From an uncultured Gemmatimonadales bacterium (GTDB lineage Bacteria > Gemmatimonadota > Gemmatimonadetes > Longimicrobiales > RSA9), in assembly GCA_963708135.1 (NCBI GenBank), contig OY970192.1, positions 224,001-288,000 of the forward strand: a stretch of DNA of 64,000 nt, written 5' to 3'. Of this stretch, positions 28,358-37,432 are shown in pieces; within the stretch, counting starts at the first letter, position 1, and each line of letters begins with the position of its first letter. The translations under genes and the position numbers were made by a program. The notes below the pieces were generated by a model, which did not search any database, was not told the DNA's origin, and saw only the letters and a list, made by a program, of their open reading frames with translations.

Positions 28358-31300
28358 ATGAAAACCGTGAGGTGGTACGTTTTCGGCGCCCTGGCGGGCG
28401 CCCTGGCGCTGGCGGTCCCGCGAGCCGTCGCCGGGCAGCAGCCCCGATTCAACATCAGCGGATCGGTCTTCGCGTCGGAGACCCGCGAACCGCTGCCTGG
28501 CGCCCAGGTGGTGCTGCGTGGCACCGATCAGGGTGCGCTGACCGACAAGAACGGGAAATTCAGCTTCGACGCGGCCGTGCCGGCGGGGAGCTACACGGTG
28601 GCCGTCAGCTACATCGGACGCCAGACGGTGACGCGGCAGGTCACGTTGAGTTCTGCCCGGCCTACGGCGACGCTGGAGCCGATCTACCTCGAGCCGGCGG
28701 CGGTCTCTCTGCAGGAGGTCGTGGTCACGGCGCCGGGCGTGCAGGCGGAGCGACAAGCGCTTGGCAACTCGATCGCAACGGTGAGCGGCGAGGCGATCAG
28801 CCGCGCGCCGGCGGCGACCGGCGTGGGCGAGGCGCTCGAGGGCAAGATCACGGGCGCGACGATCACGCAGTTGACAGGCCAGCCCGGGGGCGCGCTGACG
28901 ATCCGGCTGCGCGGCACGAGCTCGATCAACGGTTCGGCGGAGCCGCTCATCGTGGTGGACGGCACGATCGTGGACGACAACACGGAAGCGCTGATCGGGC
29001 TCAACGCCAACGCGAGCGGCGGGGGCCGGAGCGGCTCGTCGATCAGTGGGCGGCTCCAGGACATCTCGCCGGACGACATCGACCACGTGGAGGTGCTGAA
29101 GGGTGCCTCCGCCGCGGCGTTGTACGGCTCGCGGGCCAAGAACGGCGTGATCCTGATCTTCACGAAGAAGGGGCAGCAGGGGCAGACGCGGGTCAACTTC
29201 AGCTCGAACGTCTCGCTCAGCTCGACGCCGAAGACCTACGACCTGAACATGGCCCCGACGGCCGGCTATACCGACCAGCTGTTCGTCGGCACGCCGATCG
29301 GCACGCCCGTTCAGCGCTACGACATCCAGGACCAGATCTTCCGGACCGGCCTCGGCACGAACAACTCCCTCTCGCTGTCGGGTGGCAGTGGCGGTACGAG
29401 CTACTACATCGCCGGCCACTACGACAACACGCAGGGGATCCTGCGCACGACGAATTACACGAAGGAGGCAGCGCGGCTGAAGCTGACGCAGCAGCTCGGC
29501 TCGCGCTTCAGCCTCACGGGCAACGCCAACTTCATCCAGTCGGGCGGCGGCTTCCTGCCCGAGGGCGAGCAGACGCAGGGGGTGCTGACGAGCGTCATCT
29601 TCACGCCGACGACATTCAACCCTGCGTTCGACTCGAACACGGGGCGCTACCCCTATAACCCGGTGCTGGGCCCGAATCCGCTCGAGATCATGAAGGACTG
29701 GCAGGCCAAGGAGAAGGTCACGCGCTTCATCGGCGACCTCGAGGCCAACGCGCAGATCACGGACAAGATCCGGCTGCGCTACCTCTTCGGGCTGGACGAC
29801 TATCGGCAGGAGGACAAATATTTCCAGCCCCCGTTCTCGATGTCGGCCAGCTTCACGGGGTCGGTGCAGAACCCGGTGCGGCTCTCGCGCCAGTTCAATC
29901 ATGACCTGACGCTGACCGACGAGGCGCGGCTCGCGCCCAGCTTCGGCCTGACCAGCACGCTCGGGTTCCGCTACACCTCCAGCAGCGACGAAGTGGACCG
30001 GCTCGCGGCGCAGGATCTGCCGCCGGGTATCGATCTGGTTTCCGGCGCGACGCAGTTCGCCTCGCAGGGCATCACCGAGATCCACACGGTTTCGGCGTTC
30101 CTCCAGGAGCAGCTCGCCCTGGGCGACCGCTTCTACCTGACGCCGGCCGGCAACCTCGAGGCCTCTTCGGCCTTCGGCACCGACCAGCGCTGGCAGTTCT
30201 TTCCGCACCTGGGCGCATCCTGGCTGCTGGGCAAGGAGCCGTGGTTCCAGAGCTCCGGCCTGGGGAGCCTCATCAGCACGCTGCGCCTGCGGGCCGCGTA
30301 TGGGCAGACGGGCGGGCAGCCCCCGAGCGCCTATGCCCGCTTCAACAACTACATCGACGTCGCATTCTCGGGGAAGCCCGGGCTGGTGGCCAGCGCGGTG
30401 GCGGGCAACCCGGATCTGAAGCCGGAGCGCCAGCGGGAGATCGAGACGGGCTTCGACCTCGGCGTGCTGAAGGACAGGGCCAACCTGGAGTTCACGTACT
30501 ACAACCGCGACACCAAGGACCTCGTCCTCGACGTACCGCTGCCGCCGAGCTCCGGCTTCTCGTCGCAGCCGCAGAACATCGGCGAGATCGGGGACAAGGG
30601 GATCGAGGCGGCGCTGAACACCGTGAACGTTTCGCGCGGCAGCTTCGAGTGGAGCAGTCGGCTTTCGCTGGCGCACGATCGTACCAACGTAAAGCGTCTG
30701 GTCACGCAGGCGGACACGCTGGTCTTCGGTTACCTGAACGCGGTGATCGTGGGGCAGCCGCTGGGTGTGTTCTATGGCGGTGTGTACGCGCGCAACCCCG
30801 ACGGCACCATCAAGTACGCGCCCGTCGTGGTCGGCGGACAGTCGCTCAACCTGCCCGTGCGGGCGGTCGATGCCAGCGGTACTCCGATCCGCCGCGTCAT
30901 CGGTGATCCGACCCCCAACCTGACGGCGCAGCTCGGCAACACGTTCCGATTCGGCAAGGCGCAGCTTTACGTACTCTTCGACGGCCGCTTCGGCAACGAC
31001 GTGGCGAACTTCTCCCGCCGCATCGAGGAGCTCTTCGGCGTCTCCAAGGTCAACGAGAGGGAGATCAACGGCGACACCGTGCCCCGCACCTTCAGCCTGA
31101 ACCCCGCCGGGCGCAGCCTGATCTACGAGGAGTACGTCGAGAACGGCAGCTTCGTGAAGCTCCGGGAGGTCTCGCTCTCTCTCCAGCTGCCCAGCTCGAT
31201 CGCCGGCGTCATCGGCGCGAGCGCCATGGACGTGCGGGTCGCCGGGCGAAACCTGTTCACGTGGACGAACTACAGCGGCCTCGACCCGGAGGTGAGCATG

Positions 31301-31390
31301 TTCGGGGCGAGCGCAGTGGCGCAGGGTGTGGACTTCGCGAACACACCCATCCCGCGGAGCTTCGTGCTCGGCGTGAACCTCCACTACTGA
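28358..31390 (+). CDS. susC: SusC/RagA family TonB-dependent outer membrane receptor
   Basis: Signal peptide; carboxypeptidase-reg-like N-domain; IRLRG, EVLKGASAAALYGSRAKNGVILI plug; terminal aromatic residue; GAGGAGG RBS. Confidence 0.93.
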   Translation: MKTVRWYVFGALAGALALAVPRAVAGQQPRFNISGSVFASETREPLPGAQVVLRGTDQGALTDKNGKFSFDAAVPAGSYTVAVSYIGRQTVTRQVTLSSARPTATLEPIYLEPAAVSLQEVVVTAPGVQAERQALGNSIATVSGEAISRAPAATGVGEALEGKITGATITQLTGQPGGALTIRLRGTSSINGSAEPLIVVDGTIVDDNTEALIGLNANASGGGRSGSSISGRLQDISPDDIDHVEVLKGASAAALYGSRAKNGVILIFTKKGQQGQTRVNFSSNVSLSSTPKTYDLNMAPTAGYTDQLFVGTPIGTPVQRYDIQDQIFRTGLGTNNSLSLSGGSGGTSYYIAGHYDNTQGILRTTNYTKEAARLKLTQQLGSRFSLTGNANFIQSGGGFLPEGEQTQGVLTSVIFTPTTFNPAFDSNTGRYPYNPVLGPNPLEIMKDWQAKEKVTRFIGDLEANAQITDKIRLRYLFGLDDYRQEDKYFQPPFSMSASFTGSVQNPVRLSRQFNHDLTLTDEARLAPSFGLTSTLGFRYTSSSDEVDRLAAQDLPPGIDLVSGATQFASQGITEIHTVSAFLQEQLALGDRFYLTPAGNLEASSAFGTDQRWQFFPHLGASWLLGKEPWFQSSGLGSLISTLRLRAAYGQTGGQPPSAYARFNNYIDVAFSGKPGLVASAVAGNPDLKPERQREIETGFDLGVLKDRANLEFTYYNRDTKDLVLDVPLPPSSGFSSQPQNIGEIGDKGIEAALNTVNVSRGSFEWSSRLSLAHDRTNVKRLVTQADTLVFGYLNAVIVGQPLGVFYGGVYARNPDGTIKYAPVVVGGQSLNLPVRAVDASGTPIRRVIGDPTPNLTAQLGNTFRFGKAQLYVLFDGRFGNDVANFSRRIEELFGVSKVNEREINGDTVPRTFSLNPAGRSLIYEEYVENGSFVKLREVSLSLQLPSSIAGVIGASAMDVRVAGRNLFTWTNYSGLDPEVSMFGASAVAQGVDFANTPIPRSFVLGVNLHY

Positions 31391-31450
31391 TCGGTGGAGG
31401 CGACCATGAATCAGAGGCATCAGTCCAATAATTGCAAGGGAGGACGCGCG

Positions 31451-32746
31451 ATGCGCAGCCGCAAGGGGATGCTCCTCCTGGGTCTGGCGGCGTTCGGGGC
31501 CGCGGGCTGCAACCAGTCCCTGGACCTGACGAACCCGAACGCGCCGACCGAGCAGGCGGTGCTGACCTCGCTCGACGGCGTCATCGCCCTGGCCGTCGGG
31601 ATGCAGGAGCAGTACGCCCAGTCCATCGAGGACTACATGGTCCCGAACTCGCTGGTCACGGACGAATGGGGGACGGACCGCAAATCGCTTCTCTCCTATC
31701 AGAGCCTGCTGTCTGGCGAAGGGTTCGACCCCGGCTACGGCGTGGTCTACTCGCCGTGGGCCAACACCTTCCAGGTGGTGAAGTCGGCGAACGGGGTGAT
31801 CGAAGCGGCGCCGCAGGTAGGAATGGGGCCCGCGCTCCAGGCCGGCGTGACATCGCTTGCGCAACTCTTCAAGGCCATGGCGCTCGGCCAGGCCATCCAG
31901 GAGTTCCAGGCGGTTCCGATCCAGCCCACGATCGAGGGAAGCACGCCGCAGCCGCGGGACGTCGTGCTCGACACGGTGCTCTCTCTCCTCGAGTCCGCGC
32001 GCTCCGGGATCGCGAACGTCTCAGATGCGGACCTGGCGGGTTTCCGATCGCGCGTGCTGGGCAGCGGGATCGACCTCAGGAACACGATCGACGCGATGCT
32101 CGCGCGCTACTACCTCACCGCCGGGAACAACGACCAGGCGATCCAGGCGGCCGGCCGGGTCTCGCCCACCGTGCTCTCGACGCTCAACTATCCGCCGCCG
32201 ACGAGCAACCCCATCTACAACCTGGCCAGCTCCGCGCGCCTGAACTACGTGGGCGGGCTGAAGAGCTTCGTGGACCAGGCGCAGGCCGGCGACCAGCGGC
32301 CGTCGTACTGGTTGGACACGAGCGCCCCCGCCCACACCGGCAACCCGGACTCGCTCCTCTATCCGCTCAGGCAGTACTCGAGCGCCGACGCCTCCTTCCC
32401 GCTCTACCTGCCGGACGAGATGAAGCTAATCAAGGCGGAGGCCGACGCGCGCAACGGCGACCTCGGCCAGGCGATTACGCTGATCAACGAGGTGCGCACC
32501 CAGACGACGCCCGCCGTCGCGGGCGACCCGGTCGCGGGACTCCCCGCCCTCAGCCCGGGACAGCTCCCCGACCTGCAGTCGGTGCTCGAGGAGATCGCCT
32601 ACGAGCGGCGGTACGAGCTCTACATGCAGGGTCTGCGCTGGGAGGACATGCGGCGACTGCCGCAGCCGTGGAACAACACCATGACCCTGGAGTGGCTGCC
32701 CACGCCCACGCAGGAGTGTGACGCGAACCCGAACGCGGGGTGCTGA
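31451..32746 (+). CDS. susD: SusD/RagB family lipoprotein (alternative start 31406)
   Basis: Lipobox GAAGC; LIKAEA, INEVR, ERRYELYMQGLRWEDMRR. Confidence 0.9.
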   Translation: MRSRKGMLLLGLAAFGAAGCNQSLDLTNPNAPTEQAVLTSLDGVIALAVGMQEQYAQSIEDYMVPNSLVTDEWGTDRKSLLSYQSLLSGEGFDPGYGVVYSPWANTFQVVKSANGVIEAAPQVGMGPALQAGVTSLAQLFKAMALGQAIQEFQAVPIQPTIEGSTPQPRDVVLDTVLSLLESARSGIANVSDADLAGFRSRVLGSGIDLRNTIDAMLARYYLTAGNNDQAIQAAGRVSPTVLSTLNYPPPTSNPIYNLASSARLNYVGGLKSFVDQAQAGDQRPSYWLDTSAPAHTGNPDSLLYPLRQYSSADASFPLYLPDEMKLIKAEADARNGDLGQAITLINEVRTQTTPAVAGDPVAGLPALSPGQLPDLQSVLEEIAYERRYELYMQGLRWEDMRRLPQPWNNTMTLEWLPTPTQECDANPNAGC

Positions 32747-33000
32747 GCCGAGCGAGTTCGAACTTCGGCTGCGCGGCGGACATTCCTTCGCGCGAGCCTG
32801 AGTTGATTAACGTCTACAGCCGATATCTTAGGACATCGGGTCCGGATCCGCAGTTGCGATTCGCTGCTGATCCCCGCCACGCGCGGCCGGGCTCGGATCC
32901 GCAGAGGGGGACGGAGTGGCGGGCGACGTCTCGCCGGCGCGCCGGCGAGTTTGATTGATACCGCACGGGAACCCGAAACCTGGAACACCGGAGGACGGTG

Positions 33001-34140
33001 ATGTCCCGCTGGAGCCTGCCGCTCACGGCGCGGATACCTCAGGCCGCTGCGCCTCGCGGGCCGCTCGCCACCAGGGGCGGCGCGCTCGCCCGGGCGTTGC
33101 TGGCCAGACTGGTCCTGCCGCTGGCGCCGATTCTCACGCCGGGCGCCGTCGCCGCGCAGCGGTCGCCGCAGGCGCTCTTCTACTACGTGGACCGCGAGGA
33201 CTCCTACAACGACCTGCTGAAGCACATCGACAGGATCGGCGTGCTGGCGCCGTCCGTCTACAACGTCGATTCGGCCGGCGTGGTCTGGGGCGACCTCGAC
33301 CCGCGCGTGGCCGCGCTCGCGAGGGCGCACCACGTGCCGCTCATGCCGCTGGTGGTGAACCGCGGCTTCGACCAGCACCGGCTGCACGTCCTGCTCACCG
33401 ACAGCGCGGCGGTCCGCCGCACCGTGGACGCCATGGCCGAGCTGTGCCGGCGGGGCGCCTACGCCGGCATACAGGTCAACTTCGAGGATCTCGCCATGCA
33501 GGACCGCGACGCGTTCACGCGCTTCTACCGCCGGGCCGCCGAGGCGCTGCACGCCGACGGCCGCGAGATCAGCGTGGCCGTGGTGCACCGCCCCGACGAG
33601 CTGGCGGGCGCCACGCGCTACCTCAAGTGGCTCTTCGAGAACTGGCGCGCCGGCTACGACCTGAAGGCGCTCGCCGACGCGGGCGACTTCATCACCGTCA
33701 TGACGTACTCGGAGCACACCCGGCGCATGCCGCCGGGGCCGTCCGCCTCGCTGCCGTGGGTCGAGCAGAACATCCGCTATTTCCTGAAGTTCATGCCGCC
33801 GGAGAAGCTCTCGCTCGGCATCCCGACCGGCGCCATGCACTGGTACACGAGCCAGGAGGACCGCATCCAGCCGGAAGCCGCCCGGTCGTACTCCGAGGGC
33901 CTCAGCTACACGTGGGCGATGGCCCTGCTCGAGCGCCACGGCGCGAAGCTGCTCTGGAGCGACGAGCACCAGGTGCCCTACGCCTTCTACTCCAACAATG
34001 GCGCGTGGGAATGGATCTTCCTCGAGAACGCCCGCTCCTTCCGCGCCAAGCTCGGGCTCGTGGACAGCTACCACCTGCGCGGGTACTCGGTCTGGGTGCT
34101 CGGACCCGAGGACCAGGCGATGTGGGGGGACGTGCGATAG
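33001..34140 (+). CDS. Glycoside hydrolase family 18-like protein, exported
   Basis: GIQVNFE, ADAGDFITVMTY, GPSAS.PWV, EKLSLGIP, YSVWVLG.ED. Confidence 0.8.
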   Translation: MSRWSLPLTARIPQAAAPRGPLATRGGALARALLARLVLPLAPILTPGAVAAQRSPQALFYYVDREDSYNDLLKHIDRIGVLAPSVYNVDSAGVVWGDLDPRVAALARAHHVPLMPLVVNRGFDQHRLHVLLTDSAAVRRTVDAMAELCRRGAYAGIQVNFEDLAMQDRDAFTRFYRRAAEALHADGREISVAVVHRPDELAGATRYLKWLFENWRAGYDLKALADAGDFITVMTYSEHTRRMPPGPSASLPWVEQNIRYFLKFMPPEKLSLGIPTGAMHWYTSQEDRIQPEAARSYSEGLSYTWAMALLERHGAKLLWSDEHQVPYAFYSNNGAWEWIFLENARSFRAKLGLVDSYHLRGYSVWVLGPEDQAMWGDVR

Positions 34141-34177
34141 AAGCGGCGCCCGGGCGGGCAGGGCTGGCGAGAGGGGG

Positions 34178-34229
34178 TGGTTTTGGTTTTGGTTTTGGTT
34201 TTGGTTTTGGTTTTGGTTTTGGTTTTGGT
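34178..34229. repeat. (TGGTTT)n hexamer microsatellite, ~8.7 copies
   Basis: Directly visible, intergenic. Confidence 0.95.
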
Positions 34230-34261
34230 GAGGACCGGATGAGGGTAGGGCGAGGAAGCGA

Positions 34262-34591
34262 ATGACGGGGGAAGGAACGACGCCGAGGAGCATCGCGCCC
34301 ACCGAGGACGGGACGGCGCTGCGCATCGTCTGGAAGGACGGGCACATCTCGGAGTACCCGCCGCGCTTGCTTCGGCTGAGCTGCCGCTGCGCCACGTGCA
34401 TCGAGGAAATGACCGGCCATCCGCTGCTCGATCCGGCGAGCGTGCCGGAGGACGTCTATCCGCTGGCCATCCACTACGTCGGCCGCTACGCGCTTCGCTT
34501 CGACTGGAGCGACCTGCACTCGACCGGGATCTACCCGTTCGAGCTCCTGCGCGCCCTCTGCCCGTGCGAGGAGTGCGCGGCGGAAGTGTGA
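34262..34591 (+). CDS. DUF971 / GBBH-like N-terminal domain protein
   Basis: LRIVWKDGH, LR..CRCATC, VGRYALRFDWSDLHSTGIY. Confidence 0.85.
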   Translation: MTGEGTTPRSIAPTEDGTALRIVWKDGHISEYPPRLLRLSCRCATCIEEMTGHPLLDPASVPEDVYPLAIHYVGRYALRFDWSDLHSTGIYPFELLRALCPCEECAAEV

Positions 34592-34753
34592 TGTCGCCCT
34601 GCGTCCCCCCGTCGGGTGGCGGGGCGGGTGCGGGGTACGGTGTGCGGCGAGGTGTGGCGAGAAGGGACGGAAGGGTCGGGGCCAAGAAGCCGCCCGGCGC
34701 GGACCTGGGATCCGGCCGGGCGTGGAGCTGCGTCACCCCGTCAGGGAGCGGCC

Positions 34754-35473
34754 TCACTCCCCCTGATCGTCGTGCCCGTGCCCGTGGCCGTGGCCGTGCT
34801 TGTGGTCCTTCGAGTCGTCCGAGCGGCCGCGGTTCGAGTTGCGGTCGTCGCGCTGCTGCGTCCGCTCGTCGCGCCGGTCGTCCCGATCGTTACGCGCGCG
34901 CTGCTGGCCGTTGCGGGAGCGGCTCCGGCTGTACTGCCCGGGCGGGCCCGCCGCGGTGCCCTTGTACCAGCCGCGATGACGGCCGTTGTCGTGCCGGTCG
35001 TCGCGGTCGCCGTCGTTCCGGCCGTAGGAGCCGCGGCTCGACGGATAGTAACCGCCGTTGCCCGGGTAATAGCTGCCGTTCCTCTGGCCGTAGCCGCCGT
35101 TGCCCGGGTAATAGCTGCCGTTCCTCTGACCGTAGCCGCCGTTGCCGCAGTTGGCCTGCCCGCCGTTCTTGTCATGCCAGCGCTGGTGCGCCTGCTCGAG
35201 CTGGCGCTGCAGCGCCGCGTAGTCGCGGGCGTACTGCTGCGGGTTCCGATAGCGCTCCTGTGCGTGCGTCTGCAGCCAGAGCTGCTCCGCGCGCTGGAGC
35301 TGCTGGTGCAGCCGATCGTGCTCGGCCGCCCACCCGCTGTTCGAGCCGCCGTACGTCCCGCAGGAGCCGTAGACGCTGCCGTACTGGCCATAGCTCCCCT
35401 GCGCCTGTGCCGGCGCCGCGCCGGCGGCCACGAGAAGCCCCGCCGCCAGAAGTCCGAACCATCGCGCTCGCAT
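34754..35473 (-). CDS. Hypothetical secreted low-complexity (G/Y/Q/N, then R/D/H-rich) protein
   Basis: GGAGGG RBS; signal peptide MRARWFGLLAAGLLVAAGAAPAQA; internal NGGYGQRNGSYYPG duplication. Confidence 0.7.
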   Translation of the reverse strand: MRARWFGLLAAGLLVAAGAAPAQAQGSYGQYGSVYGSCGTYGGSNSGWAAEHDRLHQQLQRAEQLWLQTHAQERYRNPQQYARDYAALQRQLEQAHQRWHDKNGGQANCGNGGYGQRNGSYYPGNGGYGQRNGSYYPGNGGYYPSSRGSYGRNDGDRDDRHDNGRHRGWYKGTAAGPPGQYSRSRSRNGQQRARNDRDDRRDERTQQRDDRNSNRGRSDDSKDHKHGHGHGHGHDDQGE

Positions 35474-35508
35474 GTTCCCTCCCTCCGCTGAGTGCACCCC
35501 TCTAGGGG

Positions 35509-35523
35509 GCACACGGCGTGCCG
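35509..35523 (-). promoter_or_regulatory. Candidate sigma54 promoter
   Basis: Minus strand CGGCACGCCGTGTGC (GGCAC, GG-N10-GC), 35 nt upstream of ATG. Confidence 0.5.
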
Positions 35524-35648
35524 GGCGCCAGATGGCCGGAAACGCCCATGGTTGCGCGAAAAATTCGAGCTGCCGTCCTCGCCGAAGAGGGAAAACGACC
35601 CCGTGAGGTGGCGTTCGGGTGTCACGAGGAGAGGACGCCGGGCGGATT

Positions 35649-36193
35649 GGAGAGTGGGAGAGTGGGAGAGTGGGAGACGGGCCAGCGCCGGCGTGCGCCG
35701 CGCGTCACCGGGCCGGCAGACGCGCCCCGCGCACGCAGGTCCAACGGAAGCGCGCGCGCCGGGATCGTCGTCCGCGCCCGGCAACCGGAGGGACGCCACG
35801 CGGCCCGCCGCGTCCCCCGCTCCCCCACTCGCCCACTCCAGCTCCCCGTCGCGCGCCGGGATCGTCTTGCGCGCCCGGCAACCGGAGGGACGCCACGCGG
35901 CCCGCCGCGTCCCCCACTCGCCCACTCGCCCACTCCAGCTCCCCGTCGCGCGCCGGGATCGTCGTCCGCGCCCGGCAACCGGAGGGACGCCACGCGGCCC
36001 GCCGCGTCCCCCACTCGCCCACTCCCCCACTCTGGCTTCCCGTCGTCCGCGCCCGGCAACCGGAGGGACGCCGCGCGGCTCGCCGCGTCCCCCGCTCCCC
36101 CACTCACCCACTCTCGCTTCTCGTCGTCCGCGGCCGGCAACCGGAGGGACGCCGCGCGGCGCGCCGCGTCCCCCACTCCCCCGCTCCCCCACT
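35649..36193. repeat. Intergenic repeat cluster: five 81-97 bp units plus GGGAGAGT/CCCACTC octamer runs
   Basis: GGCAACCGGAGGGACGCC at 35780, 35877, 35974, 36055, 36136. Confidence 0.9.
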
Positions 36194-37315
36194 CTAGCTT
36201 TCCGGATACGGTCCCCAGCCGCGCCCGACCACCTCCCAGCACCCGGTCACGGCGTCGCCGCGCACGCCCCAGAGGCGCGCGTGTAGGTTGACGGAGACGC
36301 ACACGTGGTTGGGCACGATGCGGACGCGCTCGCCGATGCGGGGGCGCCAGTCGGTGTCCGAGAGGTCGAGCACGCCGTGCTCCTCGGAGACGGTGCGGAC
36401 CGTGACCTCGGGGCGGTCGAGGAGGGCGCCGTATCCGCTGCCGTGCGGGCGCAGCTCCTCGCGGGCCAGGGCCTTGGCGCCCGCGTCCACGACGGCCTGC
36501 CCGGGGACGGCGGTGCTGACCACGGTGGCGAGGACGGAGTAGGCGCATGCGTCCCAGCCGCAGGCGCCGATGGCGGCGGTGGTGCGGTCGTTGAAGATGT
36601 AGGTGCCGGGGCGGATCTCCGTGAGGCCGTCGATGCGATGCGAGGCGAAGGCGGCGGGCGTCGAGCCGCCGCTCACGACGGCGGGCTCGAGGCCGGCGTC
36701 GCGGAGCGCATCCAGGAACTCGCCGAGCCGGTCGGAGAGGGCGCGCAGATCGGCGTCCTGCTCGTCCACGTGCTGCCGGATGTGGCCCGGGTAGAAGAGA
36801 AGTCCGCGCCACTCGATTCCAGGCGACGCGGCCGCGGCGGCCGCCAGCGCGACCGCCATCTCGACGGCCGGGATGCCGACGCGATGCATGCCGAGGTCGA
36901 GCTCGACCAGCACGCCCACGGTGCGGCCGGCGCCGGCGGCGGCGGCGGAGAGGGCGCCGAGCGCGTCGGCGGAGTCGAGCGCGACCGTCGCCTTGACGCG
37001 CTCGGGGAGGGCGAGCAGCCGGCGCAGCCTGGCCTCGCCGACGGGCGGATAGGCGAGGAGCACGTCATCCGCGACACCGGCCATGACCTCGGCCTCGTGC
37101 AGCGTCGCCACGGTGAGGCCGGTGGCGCCGCGGCGGAGCTGCTCCTCGGCGAAGGCGGGCGTCTTGTGGGTTTTCGTGTGGGGGCGGAGCGCGAGCCCGT
37201 GGGCGGCGGCGTAGCCGGCCATGCGGTCGAGGTTCCTCGCGACGCGCTCCAGGTCCACGAGGGCGCTCGGGGTCTCGAGGGTGTCGAGCGTCGCGGGGCT
37301 ACGGGCATCGGCCAT
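36194..37315 (-). CDS. D-TA family PLP-dependent enzyme (D-serine dehydratase / D-threonine aldolase-like)
   Basis: LRPHTKTHK, GGSTP, EIRPGTYIFND, VDAGAK, SEEHG, PNHVC. Confidence 0.9.
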   Translation of the reverse strand: MADARSPATLDTLETPSALVDLERVARNLDRMAGYAAAHGLALRPHTKTHKTPAFAEEQLRRGATGLTVATLHEAEVMAGVADDVLLAYPPVGEARLRRLLALPERVKATVALDSADALGALSAAAAGAGRTVGVLVELDLGMHRVGIPAVEMAVALAAAAAASPGIEWRGLLFYPGHIRQHVDEQDADLRALSDRLGEFLDALRDAGLEPAVVSGGSTPAAFASHRIDGLTEIRPGTYIFNDRTTAAIGACGWDACAYSVLATVVSTAVPGQAVVDAGAKALAREELRPHGSGYGALLDRPEVTVRTVSEEHGVLDLSDTDWRPRIGERVRIVPNHVCVSVNLHARLWGVRGDAVTGCWEVVGRGWGPYPES

Positions 37316-37432
37316 CGGGCGGTCCTTTCAGCGGGTTCGAGGCTCCGGCGTGGGCGCCGGGAAGCTAGCCGGCGGAGCGCGGCGGAGCCAGCGCCCTTGC
37401 ACCCCGCGAGGGCGGCGGGGTAGCATCGTGTC

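Noticed and set aside
24980..31390. 2136-aa ORF as a giant TonB receptor
   Set aside because: The N-terminal part is an off-frame read-through of acnA; the real SusC starts at 28358 with an RBS and signal peptide
32750..32997. glmS ribozyme or cyclic-dinucleotide riboswitch before GH18
   Set aside because: Hairpins are present, but I could not match the conserved cores; an Rfam scan would settle it
33998..34231. ORFs with WF or QN/KP/KT repeats
   Set aside because: Translations of the intergenic (TGGTTT)n microsatellite
34616..35491. 291-aa Val/Ala-rich + strand ORF
   Set aside because: Antisense mirror of the secreted protein gene, which has the RBS and signal peptide
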